Assembly: GCA_051439375.1 (NCBI GenBank)
Contig: JBFRWB010000212.1
Span: 11,144-35,143, forward strand
Length of the DNA stretch: 24,000 bases
DNA from: Microcystaceae cyanobacterium
GTDB taxonomy: Bacteria > Cyanobacteriota > Cyanobacteriia > Cyanobacteriales > Microcystaceae
Reading direction: 5' to 3'
Part shown: positions 1 to 7,179 of the stretch, piece after piece
How positions within the stretch are numbered: position 1 is the stretch's first letter
Layout: the number at the start of each line of letters is the position of its first letter
The notes under the pieces: model-generated
The model's input: the letters and a program-made list of their open reading frames with translations, nothing else
Databases searched by the model: none
Told to the model about the DNA's origin: nothing
Program-made: the position numbers and the translations under genes

Positions 1-627
1 TGGCGGTGTAAAAGGATTTTCTCTCGAATAACAAGATAACTGAAACGCTTTTAGTTCAGCTAATTCTTTAACCTCAGCATCCAAAATAGTTCTTGTGGGA
101 ATTCCTCTCCCGCCCCATACTTTACCTCTATCAAGGGTAAAAACTATCATGCCACAAACTCGCTTGGTTGTTAAATTTAACAGCGATGAACCACTCATCC
201 CCGGCCTAACATTTCCTTCCTTAAACTTAAATAATCCATCCCCATCAATGCCAATATATTCAAACGTTCCCACATCCCCTATTGCATAGTTATCAGGATA
301 ACCAAAGCTATATAATTTATGGCCAACCTCAACTGATTTATCTAGCAAAACAAACGGAAATTCTAAGCTGTTATTCTCAATTTCCAACAGCGCAACATCT
401 AGCTTCTCAATATCATCTGAACAATACTTAAGATTAATCTGAGACTCAATAGCTTGCCCTTGATAATAAATTTTAAAGACTTTATCTTTATGTTTTAAGC
501 AAACATGAGCGCAGGTTAAAATTAATCTAGGAGAGACAAAGAAACCCGAACCCAGATGTTTCTGTCCCCCTTCATAACTAATTTTAACGGTGTATTTGTT
601 TAATTTTGTTTCAGAAATAGTAAACAT
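1..627 (-). CDS. Trypsin-like (chymotrypsin-fold) serine peptidase domain forming the N-terminus of a larger protein; the 3' end lies beyond the window start
   Basis: Absent from the supplied ORF track because no stop codon falls inside the window. The minus-strand frame is open from ATG (627..625) to position 1, 209 codons: MFTISETKLNKYTVKISYEGGQKHLGSGFFVSPRLILTCAHV...KLDVALLEIEN...GNVRPGMSGSSLLN...RENPFTPP. His (codon 505..507, TCAHV), Asp (397..399, DVALLEI) and Ser (193..195, GMSGS) occur in the order, spacing and local context of trypsin-like peptidases. No signal peptide or TM segment. Confidence 0.8.
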   Translation of the reverse strand, partial: MFTISETKLNKYTVKISYEGGQKHLGSGFFVSPRLILTCAHVCLKHKDKVFKIYYQGQAIESQINLKYCSDDIEKLDVALLEIENNSLEFPFVLLDKSVEVGHKLYSFGYPDNYAIGDVGTFEYIGIDGDGLFKFKEGNVRPGMSGSSLLNLTTKRVCGMIVFTLDRGKVWGGRGIPTRTILDAEVKELAELKAFQLSCYSRENPFTPP

Positions 628-658
628 AATGAGTCGTTAAACGTTTATTTCATGACAC

Positions 659-709
659 GCCATGAACTCAAGTTCATAGCGAATAGCAAAAGTCATCTTT
701 TAGATGACT
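659..709 (-). promoter_or_regulatory. Two short hairpins in the spacer between the small-protein gene and the peptidase gene (possible attenuator, processing site or weak terminator)
   Basis: ATGAACT (662..668) pairs with AGTTCAT (671..677). A perfect 8-bp stem AGTCATCT (691..698) / AGATGACT (702..709) has a 3-nt loop. Read on the minus strand, the second hairpin is followed by TTTG. The stems are AT-rich, so predicted stability is low. Confidence 0.25.
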
Positions 710-757
710 AAATTTAAAGTGCTATTTCTAGTTCCCAGCTAGTTAGTTAAACAATTA

Positions 758-792
758 ACTTCCGACTTCCGACTTCATACCTCCGACTTCTC
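758..792. repeat. Tandem heptamer array (ACTTCCG consensus, 5 units), STRR-like
   Basis: ACTTCCG 758..764, ACTTCCG 765..771, ACTTCAT 772..778, ACCTCCG 779..785, ACTTCTC 786..792. The array abuts and overlaps the stop codon (791..793) of the 102-aa gene. Confidence 0.75.
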
Positions 793-1099
793 AATCTCCT
801 CCCCATTCCAGCGTAACTTTTAATGTTCCTTCTCCTTTTCCTTTCACCAATAAAGTAGTTAACTGTCCCGATTCTACCCCAACTTTAAGACTAAATTCCA
901 CACTAGCCTTTTTCGGTTTAACATTATTAAAGGCATGGGTAATAGAATGAGCGATCGCTTCAATCGCATCTGTGACTCCTTCAAAGTCTAAAATGTCACC
1001 CACCCCTACTCTTTCTGCACCCCCAAGGGAAACCGCTTCAGCTTTAATGGTTACTTTATCAGAAACCTTTAAATCAATAATTTCTGTTGATTCATCCAT
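791..1099 (-). CDS. Small acidic protein resembling trypsin-co-occurring (Trypco-type) domain proteins; hypothetical
   Basis: 102-aa ORF directly upstream of, and co-directional with, the trypsin-like peptidase gene. The C-terminal pattern ASVEFSLKVGVESG...GEGTLKVTLEW matches my recollection of small proteins found next to trypsin-like peptidases in conflict-system neighbourhoods. No TM segment or signal peptide. The family assignment is from memory, not from a search. Confidence 0.55.
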   Translation of the reverse strand: MDESTEIIDLKVSDKVTIKAEAVSLGGAERVGVGDILDFEGVTDAIEAIAHSITHAFNNVKPKKASVEFSLKVGVESGQLTTLLVKGKGEGTLKVTLEWGGD

Positions 1100-1234
1100 G
1101 TCTAATCCCTCTAATAAATTTACTAATCAACCTTCTTTATTATCTCTTAAAATCTCTGTCGTGAGCAAACCTTATTTCATTATGGTATCGGTGCGTTACG
1201 CCTTACTAACACCCCCTACTGTTCCTTCATCATT

Positions 1235-1240
1235 TATAAT
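1235..1240 (+). promoter_or_regulatory. Candidate -10 box (TATAAT) for lgt
   Basis: Perfect TATAAT 34 nt upstream of the lgt ATG, in the divergent spacer 1100..1273. No convincing -35 element identified. Confidence 0.2.
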
Positions 1241-1273
1241 TAAGACCGATAGCCATCGCTCAAAGGATTTTCT

Positions 1274-2107
1274 ATGCTACTGGCCTTTAAATTTGCTTCC
1301 CCTGGCCCTGTCATTTTAGAGATAGGAAACTTCAGTATTCGTTGGTATGGCTTATTAATTGCCTCAGCAGTCCTAATTGGGGTAACCTTATCCCAATATT
1401 TAGCACAAAAACGCCATATTAACCCCGACTTATTAGGGGATTTAGCGATTTGGCTGATTATTGGTGCCATTCCCTGCGCTCGATTGTATTATGTTCTTTT
1501 TCAATGGCAAGACTATGTAAATCATCCTTCTGATATTATTGCCATTTGGAAAGGGGGAATTGCCATCCACGGTGCAATTATTGGGGGAACAATTGCTACC
1601 CTTATTTTTGCTAAATTTAATAAGGTATCTGTTTGGCAATTAATTGATTTGGTTGTGCCATCTTTAGCCTTAGGCCAAGCCATTGGCCGCTGGGGAAATT
1701 TCTTTAATTCAGAAGCTTTTGGCAGTCCGACTAATTTACCGTGGAAACTTTATATTCCCCCTGAGAATCGTCCGTTCGATTATTTAGGGGTTAACTATTT
1801 TCATCCTACCTTTTTATACGAATCAATCTGGAATATTGGGGTGTTTATTTTATTAATGACTCTTTTCTTTTGGGGAATAAAGAATCGAGAAACGTTAAAA
1901 ACGGGGACATTAAGCTTTGTTTATTTAATTACCTATAGTGTAGGTCGCGTTTGGATTGAAGGACTCCGCATGGATAGTTTAATGCTAGGCTCATTAAGAA
2001 TGGCACAAGTTATTAGTTTAGTATTAATTGGTATGGGAGTCATGGGATTAATTTGGTTGTATCGTTGGCAAAAACCCCTACCCGATGTTATTGTCAGTGA
2101 ACAGTAA
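1274..2107 (+). CDS. lgt: Prolipoprotein (phosphatidylglycerol) diacylglyceryl transferase
   Basis: 277-aa polytopic membrane protein with Lgt hallmarks: IRWYGLLIA near the N-terminus, [12 protein letters not shown], and the [13 protein letters not shown] signature. Confidence 0.93.
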   Translation: MLLAFKFASPGPVILEIGNFSIRWYGLLIASAVLIGVTLSQYLAQKRHINPDLLGDLAIWLIIGAIPCARLYYVLFQWQDYVNHPSDIIAIWKGGIAIHGAIIGGTIATLIFAKFNKVSVWQLIDLVVPSLALGQAIGRWGNFFNSEAFGSPTNLPWKLYIPPENRPFDYLGVNYFHPTFLYESIWNIGVFILLMTLFFWGIKNRETLKTGTLSFVYLITYSVGRVWIEGLRMDSLMLGSLRMAQVISLVLIGMGVMGLIWLYRWQKPLPDVIVSEQ

Positions 2108-2138
2108 TTTCAGTGAACAGTGAACAGTTATCAGCTAT
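2095..2138. repeat. STRR-like heptamer array (CAGTGAA consensus)
   Basis: CAGTGAA 2095..2101, CAGTAAT 2102..2108, (tt), CAGTGAA 2111..2117, CAGTGAA 2118..2124, CAGTTAT 2125..2131, CAGCTAT 2132..2138. The array spans the lgt stop codon (2105..2107). Confidence 0.75.
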
Positions 2139-2188
2139 CAAATGAGAAGTTAATATTAGCTAACAGTTACTAACTCTTACCTTACCTC

Positions 2189-2243
2189 CAACCCCGAAAC
2201 CCAACACCTGAAACCTAACACCTAGCACCTAACATCTAAAACT
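2189..2243. repeat. STRR-like heptamer array (AACACCT consensus, about 8 units)
   Basis: caacccc/gaaaccc/aacacct/gaaacct/aacacct/agcacct/aacatct/aaaacta. It runs right up to the ATG (2244) of the M16 gene, so the translation-initiation region is built from repeat units. Confidence 0.75.
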
Positions 2244-3701
2244 ATGAAAAAACTTATTACACGAATTAGTTTACTACTCATTTCTCTTACCTTTGTCGTT
2301 GGATTTTATCTAACCGCTAATGCGCAAACACCCCGTCATCATAATGATTTAACCTTTCCTCCTCTCTCAGAGATTCAACTTCCTGATTACGAACGCTATC
2401 AATTAGATAATGGAATGGTTGTCTATTTGATGGAGGATCGTAAATTGCCCTTAGTAGGAGGAAGTCTATTTATCCGCACAGGAGGACGTTTAGAACCCCC
2501 AGAAAAAGCAGGATTAGCTAGATTAACAGGAACAGTGATGCGAACAGGAGGAACAACGAATCATTCTCCTCAAGCACTTAATGAAATGTTAGAACAACGT
2601 GCAGCAGCTGTCGAGAGTGGAATCTCTCAAGATGTAGGATTTGTAAGTTTTAGTGGTTTAAGTAAAGATATTGACTTTATTTTTCCCCTTTTCGCCGATG
2701 TTATTCGTTCTCCTGCTTTTGACGCTCAACAACTAGCCTTAGCGAAAACCCAAACAAAAGGAGCAATTGCTCGTCGTAACGATAATCCTCGTGATATTGC
2801 TGGTCGAGAGTTCCGTAAGCTGATTTATGGCGAAACTAGCCCTTATGCTCGTACAGTTGAGTACAAAACCCTTAATAACATCTCCCGTAGTGATTTAGTC
2901 AAATTTCACCAAACCTATTTTCAACCTGATCAAATGATCTTAGGAATAACAGGAGATTTTGATGCGTCTCAAATGAAGCAGTTGATTGAGAAATATTTTA
3001 GTAATTGGCAAGCATCTGAGGAGATGATAGATTTAGACATTCCTGCGATCGCACAAAATTACCAAGACGGTGTTTTTATGGTAGATCAGCCCCAGTTAAC
3101 CCAGAGCAGCATTATCCTAGGGCATTTAGGGGGTAAACTTAATAGTCCAGATTATCCTGCGTTAAGTGTCTTAAATGGGGTTTTAAGTGGGTTTGCAGGG
3201 CGGTTATTTAATGAGGTGCGATCACGCCAAGGTTTAGCTTATTCTGTGTATGGTTCATGGAGTCCAAAATATGATCATCCGGGGTTATTTGTTGCAGGGG
3301 GACAAACTCGTACCGAAACCACAGAAGCGTTTATTCAAGCATTATTAACAGAAATTGAGCGCATTCGTACCTCACCTATTACTGACGAAGAATTAGCATT
3401 TGCTAAAGACTCTATTCTTAATTCTTTTGTTTTTAAATTTGAGAATCCGAGTCAAACTTTAAGCCGTTTAATGCGCTATGAGTATTTTGGATATCCTGAC
3501 GATTTTATTTTTCAGTATCAGAAAGGGATAAAAAATACAACTATTGAACAGGTACAACAAGCTGCTCAAAAATACCTTGATCCGAGTAAAATCGTAACCT
3601 TAGTAGTTGGTAATGCTGAAGCCATTCAACCCTTACTTAGCGATTTAAACGAAGAGATTAAACGGGTTGATATTTCCATTCCCACCCCAGAGCAAAGCTA
3701 A
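2244..3701 (+). CDS. Secreted M16 (pitrilysin/insulinase) family protein, predicted non-catalytic (no HxxEH motif)
   Basis: 485 aa with an N-terminal signal peptide (LLLISLTFVVGFYLTANA|Q) and overall M16 two-domain architecture. At the position of the zinc motif GxAHxxEHxxFxGT the sequence reads GLARLTGTVMRTGGT (codons from 2511). No HxxEH occurs anywhere in the ORF. Confidence 0.8.
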   Translation: MKKLITRISLLLISLTFVVGFYLTANAQTPRHHNDLTFPPLSEIQLPDYERYQLDNGMVVYLMEDRKLPLVGGSLFIRTGGRLEPPEKAGLARLTGTVMRTGGTTNHSPQALNEMLEQRAAAVESGISQDVGFVSFSGLSKDIDFIFPLFADVIRSPAFDAQQLALAKTQTKGAIARRNDNPRDIAGREFRKLIYGETSPYARTVEYKTLNNISRSDLVKFHQTYFQPDQMILGITGDFDASQMKQLIEKYFSNWQASEEMIDLDIPAIAQNYQDGVFMVDQPQLTQSSIILGHLGGKLNSPDYPALSVLNGVLSGFAGRLFNEVRSRQGLAYSVYGSWSPKYDHPGLFVAGGQTRTETTEAFIQALLTEIERIRTSPITDEELAFAKDSILNSFVFKFENPSQTLSRLMRYEYFGYPDDFIFQYQKGIKNTTIEQVQQAAQKYLDPSKIVTLVVGNAEAIQPLLSDLNEEIKRVDISIPTPEQS

Positions 3702-3705
3702 TATT

Positions 3706-3740
3706 CAGTTAACAGTTAGCAGTTAACAGTTAAATGTTAA
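3706..3740. repeat. STRR-like heptamer array (CAGTTAA x5)
   Basis: CAGTTAA 3706..3712, CAGTTAG 3713..3719, CAGTTAA 3720..3726, CAGTTAA 3727..3733, ATGTTAA 3734..3740. Confidence 0.75.
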
Positions 3741-3745
3741 CTCTT

Positions 3746-3771
3746 TGATTTATAATTCATGATTTATAATT
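3746..3771 (+). promoter_or_regulatory. Direct repeat TGATTTATAATT x2 carrying two perfect TATAAT boxes just upstream of the RND gene start
   Basis: TGATTTATAATT at 3746..3757 and 3760..3771 (14-nt period). TATAAT at 3751..3756 and 3765..3770; the second ends 5 nt before the ATG at 3776. No Shine-Dalgarno sequence is visible. Confidence 0.3.
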
Positions 3772-3775
3772 TCCT

Positions 3776-6433
3776 ATGACCTCAAATTGGCGAGAACGCT
3801 TAAATATTTCACGATTTGCTATTAAATATGCACGTTTAACAATATGCTTTTGGATAGGGGTTGTGGTTGCAGGAATCTTTGCTTTTAGTTCCTTACAATA
3901 CGCCCTTTTCCCAGACGTTACTTTTCCTGTCGTAGTTGTTAACACCCCAGAAACTAATTTAAGCCTACTGGAAACAGAAAAACAAATTACTCAACCCTTA
4001 GAAAATGCCTTAATGGTTTTAGATGACACCGCAGATTTATATTCATCTACTTACCAAGGGCAGTCTGTTATTAATATAACATTTATCGGTGGAATTAACC
4101 TCTCAGATGCAACTGAAGCGGTACAAAATATTGTTAATGAAGTTAAGCTTCCTAATAATTTAACACCAAAAGTTATCCCTTTTAATATTAGTGAATCCCC
4201 TGCTGTCAGTTATGCTCTAACCAGTGAAGAAAAAAGCCTAGGGGAATTAGCCATACTGGCTCAAAATAACATCTTACCCCAAATCGAAAAAGTATCAGGA
4301 GTTCTGCGAGTTGATTTATTAGGAGATGCAACGTATCGGGATTATGATACTCAAACCCCTAACCAAAATCCCCCAACATTGGTACGTTTTAACGGAGAAG
4401 ATGTCATCGCTTTTCAGGTAATTAAACAAGCCAATGCAAACACCTTAGAAATTGTCCGCAAAGTTGAACAAATCAGTCAAGATTTACAAGTCCAATTTCC
4501 TGAAATTAACTTTACTTTAGCAGAAAGCCAAGCCGATTATATTCGTCAAGCCACTCGATCTACGATAGACGCATTAATTGGGGCAATTATATTAGCAATT
4601 TTAGTAATCTATCCCTTTCTGCGTAACTTTGCTGCTACCGTTATCACCGCTTTAGCGATTCCTATCTCTTTGTTAGGAACTGTTATTGTTATGGCTTGGT
4701 CAGGATTTAACCTTGAAACCTTGACTTTATTGGCGTTAGCCTTAGTAATTGGGATTATAGTTGATGATGCCATTGTAGATGTAGAAAATATCGCAAGACA
4801 CCTTGATAAAGGTGAAAATCCTCGACAAGCAGCCATTAAAGGAACGGATGAAATCGGCTTAACGGTTGCTGCTTCTACCTTAACCATTGTCGCCGTTTTT
4901 CTGCCAATTGCTTTAATGGGAAGCACATTAGGTCAATTTTTTAAGCCTTTTGCTTTAACTATCTCTGCTGCTGTCATTACCTCTCTTTTAGTTGCTCGGA
5001 CGCTATCTCCTGTCTTAGCCGTTTACTGGTTAAAACCCCGTAAAACAACAACCTCCGTACCCAGAAGTTCCTCTTTTTCCTTACCCTTTACCCATACTTA
5101 TCGTAACTTATTAAACTGGTCATTAGATCATCGAGGAATTATCATTTTAATCGCCATAGGAAGTTTTATCTTAGGAATCGCTTTAATTCCTTTTATTCCC
5201 CAAGGCTTTGTCCCTAAATTAGATCGAGGTGAATTTAATATTATCTATAAAATTCCCACACCGAAACTGAATAAAAAACTAAAAAATGCTGATCTGAGTA
5301 ACTTATCTCAAGGGGAACAAAATACAGGCGGTGCATTCAATTGGGTAGGAAGTTTAGGTCAATCTCCTGAGCGTATTATTCTTAGAAAAACTAGGCGAAC
5401 GGGGAAAAAATTAGAAGAAGTAATCTTGCAGCAACCTGATGTTAAATCTGTCTATTTGGTATCAGGATTACGGGGTGATCCCACCAGAGGAAAATTATAT
5501 GTAAAATTAAAAAGCGATCGCAGTTTAACCACTAGCCAAGTTCAAAGTGAAATTAGAAATACCTTACCTCAATTAGATGGGGTTTCTGTCAGTGTAGAAG
5601 ATATTGTCTTTGTGCAAACAGCTAATGATGCACCCGTTAAAATAGCTTTATTAGGGGATAATTTAGATTCATTAAATCAATTAGGAAAAACGTTTAAAAA
5701 GGAAGTTTCTCAATTATCAGGTATTGAAGATATAGATATAACCCAAAATGATCCTGAGCAGGAAGTTCAACATTATAATCAGAAAAGGGCGGTTTTTTTA
5801 AGGGCAAATTTAGATGAAAATACTGCATTAGGAGAAGCGACTCAAAAGATTGTTAACTTAGCACCTTCAATTTTACCTAATAATATTAACCTTAAAGTAT
5901 TAGGAGATTCTAATCGTTCACAACTAATTTTAAAGGAATTTGGTGTTACTTTAACCCTTTCGATTATTTGTATGTTAGTTGTTTTATATATTCCGTTTAA
6001 ACGCTTTTTAGAGCCAATGGTGGTAGGCTTATCTTTGCCGCTTTCGTTGATAGGTGCAATGTTAGCCTTACTCCTTACTCAAAGTGAATTTGGGATGATT
6101 TCGCTAATTGGTTTAATCTTTTTGTTAGGCTTACTCGATAAAAATGCCATTCTTTTAATGGACTATATTAACCAACTTCGTCAACAAGGAATGAGTCGTC
6201 GAGAGGCAATTTTAGAAACAGGAACAGTCAGATTACGTCCTATTTTAATGACCACTTTTTCTACTATTTTAGGAATGATGCCGATTGCGTTAGGCTTAGG
6301 TGCAGGTGCGGAATTACGACAACCCATGGCAGTTGCAATCATTGGGGGGTTAATTGCTTCTTCTTTATTAAGTTTAATTGTTGTTCCTGTTTTATATACT
6401 TTATTAGAGGATAGTTATAAAAAATGGTTTTAA
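3776..6433 (+). CDS. RND-superfamily efflux permease (AcrB-like, HAE-type proton relay), unusually short and lacking docking subdomains
   Basis: 885 aa with 12-TM topology and two periplasmic loops. The TM4 motif GIIVDDAIVDVENI matches the AcrB DD relay. Porter-domain segments align by eye to AcrB (RFNGEDVIAFQVIKQANANTLEIV... versus AcrB [22 protein letters not shown]...). The loops are about 225 and 250 aa, versus about 310 each in AcrB. Confidence 0.9.
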   Translation: MTSNWRERLNISRFAIKYARLTICFWIGVVVAGIFAFSSLQYALFPDVTFPVVVVNTPETNLSLLETEKQITQPLENALMVLDDTADLYSSTYQGQSVINITFIGGINLSDATEAVQNIVNEVKLPNNLTPKVIPFNISESPAVSYALTSEEKSLGELAILAQNNILPQIEKVSGVLRVDLLGDATYRDYDTQTPNQNPPTLVRFNGEDVIAFQVIKQANANTLEIVRKVEQISQDLQVQFPEINFTLAESQADYIRQATRSTIDALIGAIILAILVIYPFLRNFAATVITALAIPISLLGTVIVMAWSGFNLETLTLLALALVIGIIVDDAIVDVENIARHLDKGENPRQAAIKGTDEIGLTVAASTLTIVAVFLPIALMGSTLGQFFKPFALTISAAVITSLLVARTLSPVLAVYWLKPRKTTTSVPRSSSFSLPFTHTYRNLLNWSLDHRGIIILIAIGSFILGIALIPFIPQGFVPKLDRGEFNIIYKIPTPKLNKKLKNADLSNLSQGEQNTGGAFNWVGSLGQSPERIILRKTRRTGKKLEEVILQQPDVKSVYLVSGLRGDPTRGKLYVKLKSDRSLTTSQVQSEIRNTLPQLDGVSVSVEDIVFVQTANDAPVKIALLGDNLDSLNQLGKTFKKEVSQLSGIEDIDITQNDPEQEVQHYNQKRAVFLRANLDENTALGEATQKIVNLAPSILPNNINLKVLGDSNRSQLILKEFGVTLTLSIICMLVVLYIPFKRFLEPMVVGLSLPLSLIGAMLALLLTQSEFGMISLIGLIFLLGLLDKNAILLMDYINQLRQQGMSRREAILETGTVRLRPILMTTFSTILGMMPIALGLGAGAELRQPMAVAIIGGLIASSLLSLIVVPVLYTLLEDSYKKWF

Positions 6434-7158
6434 TTAAAAATGAAATGCTAGCATTATTGTTGTTAATTGGTACAGTCTTAAGTACCGTCGCCAGTTTCAT
6501 TTTGGGCAACCCTTGGTTAACACTTATTTTAGGCGCAGGGGTAATTTATCCTGTCTTTTTGCAACAAGTTAACCACAAAACATATAGACAAGCTTTGTTG
6601 TGGGTATTATTGTGGGCATTTTTTCAGAGTATTGCGGTTATTGTTGCAAGTTTAAAAGCACCTGAACAAGCTGCAATCGTGATCTTTAACGGTAAAAGTT
6701 ACACAGAAGAGATGTTTCATTGGATTCAGACAGGAGAAGGGGCAGAAGGAGCATTACGCCTCTTTTTACCGATTCATTTACAATATTACGGGACATTTTC
6801 TTTATTGTCATTCTTCACACTAGGAGGGGCATCTTTACTATTGGGAACATATTTGCTAAATTATATGAATTATTATGTTGCTCAATTAATTTTCCTCAGT
6901 GCTAAACCGTGGTTAGCAGCTTTAATAGGTTGGCCAATCTGGTCAATTTTAAGGGTAATTGGTTTTATTTGTACGGGGATTGCTTTAACTGCACTAGGAT
7001 TAACTATCCTTCATAAACTTCACCAACAACAAGAGAAGTGGGAGTTTCCTCGCCATTTTCTTATAATAGGAATTGGCTTTGTGATCGCTGATATTATTGT
7101 AAAAGCTTTAATCGCTCCTTTATGGCAAAAAATGTTATTTCATGCTTTAATAGGATAA
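6424..7158 (+). CDS. Polytopic membrane protein of unknown function (about 6 TM)
   Basis: 244-aa hydrophobic ORF whose ATG overlaps the RND stop codon by 10 nt (alternative start at 6445). It is followed 21 nt later by corA. No family recognised. Confidence 0.6.
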   Translation: MVLIKNEMLALLLLIGTVLSTVASFILGNPWLTLILGAGVIYPVFLQQVNHKTYRQALLWVLLWAFFQSIAVIVASLKAPEQAAIVIFNGKSYTEEMFHWIQTGEGAEGALRLFLPIHLQYYGTFSLLSFFTLGGASLLLGTYLLNYMNYYVAQLIFLSAKPWLAALIGWPIWSILRVIGFICTGIALTALGLTILHKLHQQQEKWEFPRHFLIIGIGFVIADIIVKALIAPLWQKMLFHALIG

Positions 7159-7179
7159 TTAAACACAGGCATTTAACCG

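Noticed and set aside
95-289. 64-aa plus-strand ORF from the ORF track at the left edge
   Set aside because: It lies entirely antisense to the much longer open frame encoding the trypsin-like peptidase, which has clear catalytic motifs. It is Pro/Ser-rich and low-complexity, typical of a shadow ORF.
972-1639. ORFs 972..1319 (+), 1240..1470 (-) and 1442..1639 (-)
   Set aside because: They overlap the 102-aa gene, the divergent spacer or lgt in other frames or strands. They have no motifs, and lgt is unambiguous.
2095-3740. Heptamer arrays as possible CRISPR or minisatellite-encoded features
   Set aside because: The units are 7 nt, directly tandem without spacers, and only 35 to 55 nt in total. 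This fits cyanobacterial STRR-type repeats, not CRISPR.
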